A stretch of 64,000 nt of DNA from Giardia intestinalis (taxonomy: Eukaryota). The notes under the pieces were generated by a model. The model had not been told where the DNA came from. It made no database searches and saw only the letters and a list, made by a program, of their open reading frames with translations. Positions 1 through 12,500 of the stretch are shown here, one piece after another (the stretch's first letter is position 1; each line of letters starts with the position of its first letter). The stretch lies in assembly GCA_000002435.2 (NCBI GenBank), contig CM018793.1; one strand, 5' to 3'. The position numbers and the translations under genes are program-made.

Positions 1-584
1 ATGCTTTATGATACATGTTGTGTAGTTGCTAGTTGTCTGCGCACGGTAGCTATTCCTGTATGCCTCACTCTGTAATGGGTGAGATGATAAAAGTAGGAGA
101 AACTGGAAGGTAGTTGTGCAGGTAGTTTGGAGACTTCATTCTAGGAAGCGTCTACATGCTCCAAAGAAGCTGTGCAGACGTTGAAGCAAAGTGGGAGCGC
201 TCTCTTCTATCACACTCTAGAGGGATGCGCCCCGTGAAAGATAGCTCTTCTGAAGTCACGGAATCTTTGCTCTGTGACTACATTCTCGCGCCTGCAACCC
301 TCATTTTCATCTGAAGGCACGTTAGCCGTTAGCTTCTCCAGGCTTGCTCATTGGCTTTCTGAAAAAGGCATGAAAGGTGAGCTCTTCTGCTACTAAACTA
401 TGCTACATAAGTACCAGAGCAAAGGTGCAGCAATAACTGGGTCATAGCTTGAATTTCACTTCGAGGATAGAATTCAAGAACGGTAATGTGGATCGAAGTA
501 AAGCTCTAGTTACGTACGCGACATCCACATCTTATACAAGCATCGATGGTGCAGTAATAGCGTAGTCACGCACTAAATGTGAAT

Positions 585-591
585 ATTTACT
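585..591 (-). promoter_or_regulatory. putative polyadenylation signal (AGTAAAT on minus strand) for the kinase gene
   Basis: The plus-strand sequence atttact at 585-591 is the reverse complement of AGTAAAT. It lies 12 nt downstream of the kinase stop at 603-605. It matches the Giardia AGTRAAY poly(A) consensus, which is established knowledge. Confidence 0.4.
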
Positions 592-602
592 ACACTGTGT
601 AC

Positions 603-2231
603 TCAATAACGTGTGTCTCGTATTTTGGGGAGGAGTGCTCCCCGTGACTGGGGATTCTTGGGGATACCATATTTAGGAGGGTTTAGAAACATATTATTGC
701 CACCAACATTCATTACTGTCAGGCTATTACCCCTGGACGGTGCTTCTCGAACCTTCGCTGCTCGAGACCCTGACCGGGACGCAGGAAGAAACGGAAGTCC
801 ACTGTCTTCAACATTCAGCGCATAGTGGGACTGTCTGGTTGCATTTGAGATAGCTCGCGCTTGTGCAGCAGCTGGGGACAGGGATTGCTGGACAGGATAA
901 TGATAGTTAACAGTGTTGTGCACGCTGTGTGCAGGATAGTTTGTATGATGCTGACCAAAATTAGACATGACCATAGGTCCAGTAATATTTGACACGCCCA
1001 TAGTCGTACCTGATGGTCCTATTGTATGATAGGTGGAGTGACTGCTGCCAGGCTTCCCAGAAGAAGTTGGTACCGTAGTTGCTGGATACCCGATGCCTAA
1101 GCTGCTGGCCCCAATATTCTGCCCTGACTGTGCGGTGGGATTAATGGAATGGGATGAAGTAGTGTGTAGGTTGTGTTGAAGATTTTGCTGAAGTTGTGTG
1201 CTGCTTATGTCTCCTGACAATGTGTTTGATGAGTACTGGGGCTCCTTAACAAGGGGACGAATACCCATGTCTTCCATGCACTTCATTTCAAGCTGAAGCG
1301 CTCGCTGACGTACAGAATCAAAAAACTCGTGATCTAGACACTGTGTTGCGCTCGGCCTTTCCGCAGGGTCCATCTTCAACATCATTTTGAGAAGAGAGAT
1401 TGCTTGCTTGTCTTTTATTTTTCCTGTAAGCTTCTTCTCCAGTCCCTCGGGCCGCGAGGTAGGAAACTCCACGCCGATGAATTTGGGATTTCGCAAAAAC
1501 TTTTCCATCTGCTTCCGAGTAAGGTTTCCGAGTACACGCTGAATCAAGTACAGCTGATCCACGTCACTGTCCCCGGCAAAGAGAGGCTCTGATGTGATCA
1601 TTTCTGATATTATGAGGGCCGCCGCCCATATATCAACTGTTTGGTTATAGTCAGTAGCGTTCAGTAAGAGCTCCGGAGAGCGGTACCATCTAGTGGCAAC
1701 ATAGTCTGTCAAATTAGACTGAGGAAAATTCCCAGCAGCTCCAGCCGTTTGGGCACCGTTTATATGGCGCGCAAAGCCAAAATCACAGAGCTTTAATGTC
1801 CACTCACCATGCTTCTTGACTAGAAGAAGATTTTCCGGCTTCAAATCTCTGTGACATATCTCCATGAACTCCCACAAAAATTCGACACCACGAAGCATCT
1901 GAAAGGTTAGAAGCTTAACAGTTTCTATTGGAATCCCGCCAGGACTGTCTTCTATCAATTCTAAGAGGGTTTTCTCGCAATATTCAAAGACTAAATAGAG
2001 CCGTTGCTTGCGCTTGAAAGCCTCTTTGAGACATACTATATGAGGATGCTGCGCGTTTTTCAAGATCTTGACCTCCCGGAGTGTAGTCTTCTTGAAAGTA
2101 GAGTCTTCTGGGTCATCCGTATCTTTGAATTTCTTAATGGCAACCAGCTCGTTTGTCTCCTTATTCCTGCACTTTAAAACGACTCCATATGCTCCTTCCC
2201 CAGAGACGCCTAGGATCTCGTACTTGTTCAT
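603..2231 (-). CDS. Ser/Thr protein kinase, CDKL (cyclin-dependent kinase-like) family with TDY activation loop
   Basis: The translated ORF carries a GEGAYGVV glycine loop, VAIKKF, HRDLKPENLLL, DFGFAR and a TDYVATRWYRSPELLL activation loop, followed by a long S/T/Q-rich tail. It aligns convincingly with CDKL1/CDKL5 as I recall them. The track ORF begins further upstream at 2303. The first in-frame ATG with an AT-rich context (aatttaaaaag...ATG) is at 2231, giving MNKYEILG. Confidence 0.85.
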   Translation of the reverse strand: MNKYEILGVSGEGAYGVVLKCRNKETNELVAIKKFKDTDDPEDSTFKKTTLREVKILKNAQHPHIVCLKEAFKRKQRLYLVFEYCEKTLLELIEDSPGGIPIETVKLLTFQMLRGVEFLWEFMEICHRDLKPENLLLVKKHGEWTLKLCDFGFARHINGAQTAGAAGNFPQSNLTDYVATRWYRSPELLLNATDYNQTVDIWAAALIISEMITSEPLFAGDSDVDQLYLIQRVLGNLTRKQMEKFLRNPKFIGVEFPTSRPEGLEKKLTGKIKDKQAISLLKMMLKMDPAERPSATQCLDHEFFDSVRQRALQLEMKCMEDMGIRPLVKEPQYSSNTLSGDISSTQLQQNLQHNLHTTSSHSINPTAQSGQNIGASSLGIGYPATTVPTSSGKPGSSHSTYHTIGPSGTTMGVSNITGPMVMSNFGQHHTNYPAHSVHNTVNYHYPVQQSLSPAAAQARAISNATRQSHYALNVEDSGLPFLPASRSGSRAAKVREAPSRGNSLTVMNVGGNNMFLNPPKYGIPKNPQSRGALLPKIRDTRY

Positions 2232-2337
2232 ATATCTCTTTTGCTTTTTAAATTCCAGGTTTTTGGGACCGAGGGTTCCCGTTAAGGGTTTACTTAGAAG
2301 CAAGCCGAATACAGGATTTTAGAGACCACACCGCAAC

Positions 2338-3948
2338 TCAGTCTTTTCTTTGATCCTTGGCTGGCTTTTTCTCGCAGAGCATGATGGCGTTCCGGCATTC
2401 TTCGTAAGCTTCCGTAGACGCAAACTTGCTTTTATACTTCATAAGACGATTTAGAGGCGTTTGCCCGTTCAATGCAGGTATATTTCCCTCCAGAGGACCC
2501 AATGCTACAATCATGTCCCTGTTCGCCTTCGTGATGGATATCAGTAGACCCGTTTCGCCCTTGGCATCTGGAATTCTTGCTTCGTGCTTGGCAAGCAGGC
2601 GCACTGTATCCACATTAGCTCTCTCTACTGCCATATGAAGCGCTGAGCGACGCTTGCGAGCCGTCAATCCCGATTCGTGAAGGCAAAGAACTCTTGCTGC
2701 GTCATAGTTATTTAGTTGTGCTGCCTTCATGAGGGACGTATACCCATACATGTCTCTAGTCCGTACCTCGTACGGCACGAGCTCCTCTATACAATTAGTA
2801 TGGTTCCCAATCGCCGCCATCATGATCGCAGTTTCATCTCTCATATTCCTTATGCGAACCTCTCTGATCAGTAATCTTACTCCGTCAAGGAATCCTGTTC
2901 TGGCTGCTATCATCAGCGCAGTTGTCCCCGGAGGAAACGATACTGTCTTATCGTCTATATCAAGGACCAAGGTCTTCTCTGTTGCGTGTCCAAGAAACGA
3001 GAGGTTTTCGTTGAGAGCCACAGAATCCTTGTTGTACACTGCATCCATGAGAGGCGTTTTCCCACCTAAGGCAACCGGCTTCTGATATCTTTTCGAGTCT
3101 GCAAGAAAGAGCTCATGCGAGTTAGCCAATGATGTCTTTTTCATAGGTGGCTCTTCACTAGTACTAGTAGTGCATCCATATCTACCAGAGTTTGCCGAGG
3201 AATCGCCATTAGTCAACTGAGTGGGAGTCTTTGGGGCCTCGCCTCCCAACATAGCATGCAGAGAGAGCGCCTGTATGTGGCTCTCCTGTGAATTATAATC
3301 GTCCTGGTCGCTCATGGAAAGATCTATGACAAAAGGGACCATGGAGAAGCAACTAGTGAAGCTGCGCACGTCATCGACACTTGTCAGCCCAAGCTCTACC
3401 GCAGTAAAAAGCGTTCCAGTGTCCTTCCTTAGGTCATATGGGGTTTTTCCGTGAAAGTAGCTGGATAAAACCTTAGACATTCGTTTCAAGGTCAATGTTG
3501 AACTTTGCTCACAAATTTCTGTTAGTAGCTCTACTTCCTTCTCCTGTATGCAGCATTGGATGCGTTTAACTAATTGTACAAAGGCATCAATGATGGAAAT
3601 CTCTGTACACTGGGACCGAACGTATGGGATAAGAGGCAGATAGTCGCCCGGAACAACAATCTTTTCTGGGGATAGAAGAGGTGTACAGCCCTCTGAATGG
3701 ATCAGCATGGACCGTTCCAATATCCCTAGCGCTAATGTAGCTCCCATACCTTCTAAAAATCTCACTTCACGCTTGATAAATAAGGCGGTAAGATCTTCAA
3801 GTGTGGGCATGTATCTCGAGGTTGAATTCGCCCACGCAACACGCGGAAGATCATATATAGCTTTATAGGGAAGTGCAGTTTGTAAAGGTAACTGTTTGTT
3901 AAAGTAGTAGGCAGAGCTTTGTACCGAATTACGCTCCAGCTCTGTCAT
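2338..3948 (-). CDS. ankyrin-repeat protein (Giardia 'protein 21.1'-type)
   Basis: The C-terminal half holds at least four ankyrin repeats (TALMIAARTGFLDGVRLL, TAIMMAAIGNHTNCIEEL, TSLMKAAQLNNYDAARVL, SALHMAVERANVDTVRLL). The track start at 3993 is a GTG codon. The first ATG is at 3948 (MTELERN) with an upstream gcattttaaaaagtggATG. Confidence 0.7.
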   Translation of the reverse strand: MTELERNSVQSSAYYFNKQLPLQTALPYKAIYDLPRVAWANSTSRYMPTLEDLTALFIKREVRFLEGMGATLALGILERSMLIHSEGCTPLLSPEKIVVPGDYLPLIPYVRSQCTEISIIDAFVQLVKRIQCCIQEKEVELLTEICEQSSTLTLKRMSKVLSSYFHGKTPYDLRKDTGTLFTAVELGLTSVDDVRSFTSCFSMVPFVIDLSMSDQDDYNSQESHIQALSLHAMLGGEAPKTPTQLTNGDSSANSGRYGCTTSTSEEPPMKKTSLANSHELFLADSKRYQKPVALGGKTPLMDAVYNKDSVALNENLSFLGHATEKTLVLDIDDKTVSFPPGTTALMIAARTGFLDGVRLLIREVRIRNMRDETAIMMAAIGNHTNCIEELVPYEVRTRDMYGYTSLMKAAQLNNYDAARVLCLHESGLTARKRRSALHMAVERANVDTVRLLAKHEARIPDAKGETGLLISITKANRDMIVALGPLEGNIPALNGQTPLNRLMKYKSKFASTEAYEECRNAIMLCEKKPAKDQRKD

Positions 3949-4212
3949 CCACTTTTTAAAATGCAACACCCTCCATTCGCTGTCGATACCCACTGCTCTG
4001 CATACCTTCTTCTATACGTGCACGCGGTGAAGTGCAACTAACACGCAGAAATTGCCCAATCAGTCATGAATATCAAGAGATAAAATTGTATCTACAAATG
4101 TACCTTAAGCGGCGTAGTACCGCACTTGCTCTATTAAAGCGTGTCACTGTTAGATGGCGATCAACATATAGTAAGCTACTGCTAAACAAGAAGACAAAAT
4201 GCGTATTTCAGA

Positions 4213-4635
4213 ATGACGAGATATCGCGTAACGAGTTTTTTGAGAAAAGAAATGCTTGTTGTCCTCTTAGCCACAGCGACACTTGCGTCTTATGCAGATA
4301 GATATATCCTCAACCCAGGTGGGCATATGTTTGCAACATTCGCCTCGTATGACTTAACAATTGCTACCTCTTCTGATGTGATTAATGTCTTGCCAAGTGG
4401 TCTTTGCGAGGAGACGCCTAGCATAGTTCCACAAGAACAATCATATATTCAAAGCTTGATCCATGAGAGAGAAGCCCTCAGAACCAAAAAGGAGGTGCTT
4501 CAAAAATTCTCACACCAGGCTCCAAAGGCCATCATGGCAATGGATGCAATCCAGCAGAAAATAGATGAAATTGAATCTAAAATACAACAAGCTCCAATCC
4601 TCTATGATATAGTAGACACAGACTTAACGTCTTGA
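4213..4635 (+). CDS. small hypothetical protein with hydrophobic N-terminus (possible signal peptide or TM) and a C-terminal coiled coil
   Basis: This 140-aa ORF lies in the about 1.1-kb divergent spacer between the ankyrin gene and the EF-hand gene. An internal ATG at 4252 (MLVVLLATATLASYA) has a strong AT-rich context (ttttttgagaaaagaaATG). No homology was recognised, so coding status is uncertain. Confidence 0.3.
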   Translation: MTRYRVTSFLRKEMLVVLLATATLASYADRYILNPGGHMFATFASYDLTIATSSDVINVLPSGLCEETPSIVPQEQSYIQSLIHEREALRTKKEVLQKFSHQAPKAIMAMDAIQQKIDEIESKIQQAPILYDIVDTDLTS

Positions 4636-5103
4636 GGCCCATCACAATCGAAATCCCAGTGAATCAAGTAAATTATCAATTAGACCTGGTTCATATATTT
4701 ATTTCTGGGCATTCCCTGCGTCACTCCCTGCAGGATTACTATCGTTAGCAGACACGCAGGGAGCAAGGTTCATAACCAAGACCTCATTTATAATACAAAA
4801 CTCTCCCTTCTGTCCTGGATTGTCCAGGAGACGTGTTGTTGGAAGAGTTTCGCGGTGAATCTGGAAGATGTTATTACCCGCGGTACCAAAGGACAAGTCT
4901 GGAACGTCAAGGTACGAAGGCAGCTTGAGAGGGAGGCGTATTTGTGTGCTAGGAGCCGCAAGCCCAGAGTCTAGAGATAGCAAGTAGTATTCTTCACTCA
5001 CGACATCCTGGGAAACAATCTCCTGCATGCCCCAGATCAAGGTGTTTCGCAATTTTTGATAAGATCTTGTGTCTTCACTTTTTTGAAAGAAAAACCGATT
5101 CCG

Positions 5104-6465
5104 ATGACATCTCTGGGTGCCATGCTAAAGGAATTTGCTGAAAGGCACCCCATCATTGAGCCGACGTATGCTGAAATGCAGAAGCAGATTTCAGCCTTCC
5201 TCCCGCCAATCTCTCCGTCTGTGTCAGTTCCTTTGTTTTCAAACCCCGGACTTCTTTCCTCAAGAGACGACCTTCAGGACACCTTTTATCGCATCAGCCG
5301 CACAGCCACACTGCGAAAGGTCTACGAACCCCTTCAACTCTGTACGATAAATGACCTCATAACGATCGTGGATACGCACACGCCAGCTGATCAGTTGATT
5401 GACTACAGGATTTTCCGTAGGATTCTAGCTGATATCTATCAGCGGAGCCCGATTTACAAGAATATTCTGACAGTTAAGACGTTTCTTGCTTTACCGCGTA
5501 CGAAGGACGTGGCGGCTTATCCTATAAAGACTCTCAAGTTCCACTCTGACGTTGTCAAGCTTTCTATTGTGCGCATTGTTTCTTCAGCCCAAACTCGAAT
5601 TACGCTTACAACGTGCGATGTTGACGGAAAAGGCTTTCTTTTAGAATCCGATGTTGAAAACTATATACTCGATATCTCGCATCTTTATCCACACTTGCAG
5701 GACTGTGACGAAGTGTTTCGCCCGTTCTATCTCTGCACCATCATCAAGCCCTTGTTTTTCTTTCTCGATCCTTATCACCGAAAGCGCATAGCTATATCAG
5801 ATTTGTTAATCAGCCCGTATCTTGACCAAATCTTTGCTAACCCATCTGATCAGCCGCAAGAAGCCCTGGGCACCCTGCAAGGGCCACTCGCACAACGCTA
5901 CTTAACTTGGTTCCATCCTGACGCTGTAATGGATCTCTACACCTCCTACATCAGCGCTGATACCGACCAGGATGGGCTCTTGAGTGATAAAGAGTTAGCA
6001 GCGTTGGCCAAATATAAGTTCACTAGCAGATTTATCAAGGCGTTGCTCTTGACAATTCAAACATTCAACGGCAAAATGGATTACCGTGGCTTCATAGATC
6101 TAATGCTCTGCGTCTCCTTCCCGCGCAGCAAAGCTGCGGCAGTCTATATCTTCAAAATACTAGACTTTAATTGTAAGGGACATCTAACTAGAGACGATGT
6201 GCTATATTTCCTACAGGAAATGGTAGATGGGCTTCAGGGGTACTGCGGCGAGGGCGTGAAGTTTAACGTCGATGACCTTTGTGATGAAGTGTTTGACAGC
6301 ATCTCTCCCAAAAGCAACAGCATGGTTACTCTTTCGGACATAATTAGCTCTCGTAGCGGCGACATTTTGATTACCTTTTTAATTGATCCACTCTTGTTCA
6401 TTGAAAAGGAGTTGCAGCTTCAACAAGGCCACGTGATGATGAGGCCCTTGCCTTTTGAGGTCTAG
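5104..6465 (+). CDS. EF-hand protein resembling protein phosphatase 2A regulatory subunit B'' (PR72/PR130/TON2 family)
   Basis: The protein has a canonical EF-hand loop DTDQDGLLSDKE plus two weaker loops (DVDGKGFLLESD, DFNCKGHLTRDD). The order and spacing of its hydrophobic blocks follow the B'' family: KGHLTRDDVLYFLQEMVDGL...FNVDDLCDEVFDSISP...VTLSDIIS corresponds to GVLSMYELEYFYEEQ...FHDLLCQMLDLV...ITLRDLK as I recall it. The track start at 5056 is TTG. The first ATG is at 5104, preceded by ttttttgaaagaaaaaccg. Confidence 0.55.
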   Translation: MTSLGAMLKEFAERHPIIEPTYAEMQKQISAFLPPISPSVSVPLFSNPGLLSSRDDLQDTFYRISRTATLRKVYEPLQLCTINDLITIVDTHTPADQLIDYRIFRRILADIYQRSPIYKNILTVKTFLALPRTKDVAAYPIKTLKFHSDVVKLSIVRIVSSAQTRITLTTCDVDGKGFLLESDVENYILDISHLYPHLQDCDEVFRPFYLCTIIKPLFFFLDPYHRKRIAISDLLISPYLDQIFANPSDQPQEALGTLQGPLAQRYLTWFHPDAVMDLYTSYISADTDQDGLLSDKELAALAKYKFTSRFIKALLLTIQTFNGKMDYRGFIDLMLCVSFPRSKAAAVYIFKILDFNCKGHLTRDDVLYFLQEMVDGLQGYCGEGVKFNVDDLCDEVFDSISPKSNSMVTLSDIISSRSGDILITFLIDPLLFIEKELQLQQGHVMMRPLPFEV

Positions 6466-6512
6466 AGCATGAGGGGTTATAGAATGCACTGAACCAAACT
6501 GATTCCAAGCTT

Positions 6513-9500
6513 TTAGTCTGATGAACCAGGTCGGCGTTTAAATTTGGTGTCTCTCCACTCCACCAGGATATTGTGGCCAAACATGATCACGGATTTGAGA
6601 TGTTTTAGACGGCCAGTCGACCAAATGAGAGCAATGATGCTAATTGTATAGACAAAGACTACGACGACTAAAACAATCACCACCGTCACAATCCTGTTAT
6701 AGAGGTATGTGTTTATTTGCTTGGACACCGCCTCCATCGCTACCTGAAGAGTGTCACTCATTACTCTAAAGGTTTCTAAGTTGCTTGTGAGGTTGATGTT
6801 ACTTAGAGGCACAAGAAGGTTTAAAATCTGACCTAGAGTGATACTTCCGGTAACGTTGGTGCCATTGGTGCTGTTGATGAGATTGATTGTATAATTAGCA
6901 TTGATTCCGAGAGGACTAATTTGGTCTGCGATATGAGTTATCCTCGTGAGGGCTGGGATACTCAATTCTGTAAGCCTCTCATACAACTTCCTGCAGGACA
7001 CATGACCCGTCGTCACGGATTCGTGTTGGTTCCAATAGAGGAGCGTTGAGTCTATCTCTGCAGAGAATCCTTGGATCCTCTCGCCAAAGCGCACACTGGG
7101 GCTACTAAACTTCAGCACATACTCAGAGCCATAGCAGATTGACTCTAGCATGATACGTAGCAAATGTATATGCTCTGCGTGAAGATCACAGAAAGACTGA
7201 AATCTCTGCGCGCTTTCCTTGATCGCAATCTTCTCTTCCACACTTAAGTTGTCCGTTGACGAGTATGAGTACTTAGATGCATATTCCGGGTGTGTTTCGG
7301 CCTCTGTAATCAGATACTGGTTAATGTAGCGGACGCTTTCTACAAGCATGGGCATGCCCTTTACATAGCTACTTATGCTGTAGTATTTTGCATACATGAA
7401 AATAAGCCCTATGCTCCCCCATAGAAAGAACAGCCCAAAGGTTCCAATAAGTAACGGAACTAGTGTATAGAAGACGATTTCTCCTAAAAAGAGCTGTTTT
7501 GTCCCAACGATTTGCGACGACGCTATCTTGTCAAATAGCTTTCGCACCTTGTCATTCCTATGAAGATGCTTTGCAGCATGCTCATCCATCTGCATGTTAT
7601 ACATGCTGTTCACCATGTGCCCTGTCTGCTCCAGTAGCATCTCGACTTCAATCGCAGAAACCTCCTGTGGAGAGTCTGAAGAACTCGAAGGGCTATCCTT
7701 GAGCATTCTAGCGTACACTGTGTATATGGGAAGGGAAGAAAATACTATACTGATCGATATAGTAACCAGCGTAAGGAGAACACTGCAAATGATTAACAGA
7801 GACCTAACTTCGAGCTTAGAGTCGTGCTCTTTTTGCTTCTGGACAAAGAGAGACATTATGCCATCGTAGAGTCTGCCAAAAGCATACTCCATTCCCATGT
7901 TTGCCTGATCAAGAGTATCTAGATGCATCTGAGCAATAGAATCTAAAATATTAATGTGGCTGTCTGGAGAATCTGCGGTTGGCTGATAGAGGGCTAAAAC
8001 GTAATTGTCTCTGAGATGTTTCTGAATTAAAATTGAAAAGCTTCTTTGCTCTGCAAACGAATAGAATGACGATAGCACTTCCTCGACAGTTCCCTGTGTG
8101 AACCTAGCGTTTCCAAGGTTCTCATTCCATCTAATCAGGGGTATATTCGGCTCTATTAACTTCTTTGCTGCATAGATGTACTCCTGGATGGAAATAGGAA
8201 AATCACTAAGGATGTAAGAGCTGTATGAAGGCATGGAGTTATAGAGCTGGAGCTCAGAGATATACGATGTCTCATTGTATCCGGAAAGCGCAGCATTCAA
8301 CAGGTCTTCCTTCAAGGCAGATATATTGTAGTAATCTTGGCGGTTTAAATGAGGAATGAAGAAGCCGTAGTAGTAGAGAAGCGATAGGCTTTCATGATAT
8401 ATAGTATCTAAGCGGTCTTGTGCCGGAACGAACACGTCTGTTGGTGAGTAGGCAACTGGTTGGTCTAGAAACGTCGCGATGCTGTCTCTTCGATAACGAA
8501 GGTGATAGCTGCTTAATTCATGGAGCGAGCGAATTAAGGCGTATTCTCTATCGATGCGAAATGCATATGCTAGATTAAAACCTGACAAGGAGACCAGCAT
8601 ACAGCCAGCAAGTCCTGCTGAAAAAATTCCGATGATTATCAAAATGTTAATATATTTTCTGATTTTCCCGGAGTTGAACCCGTGACTATGTCCATTAGAG
8701 AAGAGCAAGTGCTTGAAGCTCCAAAAAACATAGAGGCTGCAATAGAGAGCTAGAGGAATAATTGTTAGTAGAAGCACAGACAAGGAGATGATGGACATTA
8801 TGAAGTTAGTCGAAAGATTAAGGTCCACCAAACGGATTGTACCCGATGTATCTTTGAGTATATATTCCGTGAAGTTGCCGAACAGATAGAGCTTCATGGC
8901 ACGTTTCATAGTATCGTACACAGACTCACTGGAATTTTTGGGGCCCAAGTGAATCTCAACCTCTTGGTTAAAGCGCGCAGAGAAGAGATAGAAGAGGCTT
9001 TTGAAGCTTGTCATGTCCAGTATCTTATTTGCATGGTGATATAGGTCGCTGAAAGACCGCACAGCATCCTTGTTGGGACTATCGAAGTAATCTACAAGGA
9101 GAGTTGCTGGGGATCTTGGGTCCAAATAATGCTCCAAAGAATACGTATCATATAAAAGATTGCTGAAAAGTGTCTTCTTTAGGACGCATTCTGCGCTATC
9201 ATTTTCAACATCATAGTTTGTAGCGACGAAGTCGTAGGAGCTATCTTTTGCTTTGATCATTGGCAGCTCCAACATCGTATTTGAAACGTCTATAAAGTAG
9301 CGCAGAAGCTTGTAATATGTCAGGACCGTACTGTCGCTATAGAACGGCTTTACTTCTAAATGGTAATCGAGTTGGCGATGGATAACATTGCCGTCTCTAC
9401 GAGTATACTCAAGAAGTTGAGACGGAGCAACAATGCGGGTTAAGAACAAGAGGGGGGCTCGAAGCACAGTGAACAAATAACGAGGAGCCGTCAACAATGG

Positions 9501-12500
9501 CTCAAACACGAATGTTAATGCGTAGAACAAATTGCTGCATGGAGCTAAAATCCTTGCATAGGAGGTAAGCGGTATGGAGAAGACGTTGTACCTATTGAAC
9601 TCCGAAAACATGCTTTCTAACTCCTCAACATTGAGGTGCTTGACTGCGCTGGTATAGGTTTCTTTGTAAGTAGAAACGTTGGCGCCCATGCGAATGTTCC
9701 AGATCCCTGTTTCAAGATAGTTCAGCATGTGCTGAAAAAAGTGCAACTTCCGTGTCAAGAGGAGCGCAGACTCTGATGACATTACACGGTGGGTCAATGT
9801 CATGGAAATAGACCCCAGCACGTGAACAGATGCCACCGAAAGTACTACAGACAATATGACCAATAGGAGAAACAAACAGATAGGTTGGATGTTGTCTGCT
9901 TTGCGCTTTAAAGCCACGTATCGATAATTCATCTTGGAGTGCCTGGCGTTGATAACATTTATTGCACCTTCAACAATTTGCTTTTCTTCTGCTGATTGTG
10001 TGCTTAATGAACTTAGAAGGTCCAACTCACCCTTCAGCCTCGTGCACGTCTTCTCAAGCGCTTCCAGTCTTGACTTGAAGGATATAAAGATGCCCAAAAA
10101 GGGGCAGCAAATGAACACTCGCTGCATGAATGTTAAGCTGAGTGTGCTATCAGCTTGCTTTTTAATCTCTTTGATTTTTTCTAATACCTTGTGCGCCATC
10201 AGGTTGCAACAAAATCTCCTAGATTGCTTGAAGTGACTGACCCTGTGGCTTGATGATGTTGATCTGGTCTCTGCAATTAGACTCTCATTGTTCAGGTCCT
10301 CTGAGCGAAGGGGTGTGCTAAACCGTGATTTGGTTGTGCTTCTGTCACCCGTATTCTGTGAGCGACTGTCTAGCATAGTAGACAAGATTTCGGGACAATG
10401 ACGATGAGAGGATGATAGAAAAGATTGCTGGTTCTGCTGGCTCGTAGATGCCTCTGCTATTCTTGGCAATTCTCCGTGAGTCTTAACATCGTCTACCTCT
10501 TGAACAGACGGCTCTGCAGACGTTGCTGGGGTCTGCATCGTAGTCCCCGAAGCTCTTGTCTGGAGTTTAGATGTGCTAATACTTGTGCTAAAAGGGGTCA
10601 TCCGAGACTGACTAGATGACTTGTTAATGTGGGGGTCTCTTAAGAGCATCTGCAAGGCATTAATATCGTAAAACTGGATCACAAAGTCACATATCTTAAA
10701 ACAGATCGCGTTAGATAAACGAGAAATGTCATTGTAGTTAAGCTGCTGATAAATGCTGAGAATTCTAAAGAAAACAATGATGAGTTTGCGAAACTGGATG
10801 CTGCGGATAGTTGATATAACGATAACAAGACATAGCGTGCATATCAGTATGTGAATTGGGAGCTCTATGTTGAAAAGGTATTGAACAGCGAGATCCCTTG
10901 CGACTGTGGAATATAGAATCAACTTCTTGACCCCCTGTGGCGCTGTTTCAAAGATATTTTGATCAAATAACGGGGTCGTCGTGAACCTCGAATCATCAAA
11001 CTTGATATGGAACCTCTCGTTGTCGGGCAGATACGTCTTCTGATACAATAGAGACGACAAGATGTCTGCATATTCTCTGAAGGATACGGTATAGGCAAAA
11101 ATTGGGGATAACGCCTTGGACTGCTTAAGCACACTAGGAGTTATGCTAATACGAGGGATATAATTCTCCAGCTGTGCCTGATATTCCCACAGCCAGTGAA
11201 AGGTCTCTGGTATTTGCAATACTTTAGACAGTAGCGGGTTTGTTCGCATAACACTAATATATGAAAAGATTTTGGAGGGGTCTATGATCCCAGAGAGCAA
11301 ATCTTGGAAGGTCTTGCTGGGAGTTGTTAAATTGGTAAAGAAGCTTAAGAAGATTGTAATGTCATCACTATTCTCGTTGTAGAGCTCTGATGGAAATAGA
11401 TTGATCAGCTGAGACTTGTAGAAGGAATCGTTTTCTAGTGCGTTGACATCATTTGTTATCGCATTGCTGCTACCATTGTAAAGTAAGTAGTCCTGCGTGG
11501 AACTTGATTCGTTTCCATTTAGAAACGAGTACTGGGACAGGTGCGTTAAGATCCCGTTGCACAACCCTTCTCCATAAAAGCATGACAAGCTCAGACTCGC
11601 AGTGGCTACAGTCTCATACTGCTTCCGCATCTCCGCGGAGCACTTACCTCTAGTGTTGCTTGTGAGTTTCTTATCAATCGACCAAAGTCTAACGTTGTGT
11701 ATGTATTTATAGAGTAGAAGATCTAAGTAGTCTGACAATGTGAGACCTCTAACCCACAGATCGCCAAGATAAAAATAAATTATACAAAAGAGTACAAAAA
11801 GGAAGAGAGCCGTTCCTGCTAAGGATATGTAAAATGATGCAGTTGTATGGGGAGCGTTATCTAGCTGGTGAGGTAGATTGAACCAACCCTTTAGGGTCCT
11901 CATGCGTTCTGATATGAAGCCTAGATGCACCTTTCTCCCAACAATTGAGATTGCCCGGATTCCATCTGCACGCTTTGCAATCTGCTCTTCAAGTTGTCGC
12001 CTATAGGTTTTGCTCAGATTTGCACCAAAAATATCATTCTCATGAGCGGCTGCATGTTCTTCGTGATTGTGCGAATCAAATAAGGAGCCCAGATACCCTC
12101 TAGCCTTGATGTCAGAATAGTTATCTATCTGCGGGTCATAGTGCTGCGAAATGGGCAAGCCTTCGCTGAATATTTCTGTACTAGAATTGTCATTACCCGC
12201 AGAGCTCTGTGAAGCCGGCGTGTTTCGTCCTGAACTGTGCACGTGGTATAAGCCAGACATGCCGGGACTGTCGTGATGTGCCACGTTGATTCCGCTGTGT
12301 GTATGAACTACAATATTTAAGAAGCTTCTCAAGTGAGGCGTCCTATCTGCTTCTATCGCTTCTGGTATGATCTCTCTGCAAATCTTTGCAAAGCGTGCCG
12401 TATCCTTTGGGCAGAAATTAAAAGAACGAAGAAAACCATAATACATAAACAAAATCGATTGGTCCTTGTGTCGAATTGTAGTTGTGGACGAGAGGACTTT

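Noticed and set aside
613-2322. Short + strand ORFs (613-825, 1404-1592, 2068-2322) and similar 60-180-aa ORFs nested antisense or out-of-frame inside long genes throughout the window (for example 7463-7702, 9934-10236, 17772-18190, 24579-24809, 38185-38400, 40011-40667, 46009-46560, 51005-51655)
   Set aside because: They overlap strongly supported long CDSs and have no motifs. They are expected by chance opposite GC-balanced coding sequence.
4699-5052. 117-aa minus-strand ORF in the divergent spacer before the EF-hand gene
   Set aside because: It has no start context and no motif. It overlaps the promoter region of the 5104 gene and is likely spurious.
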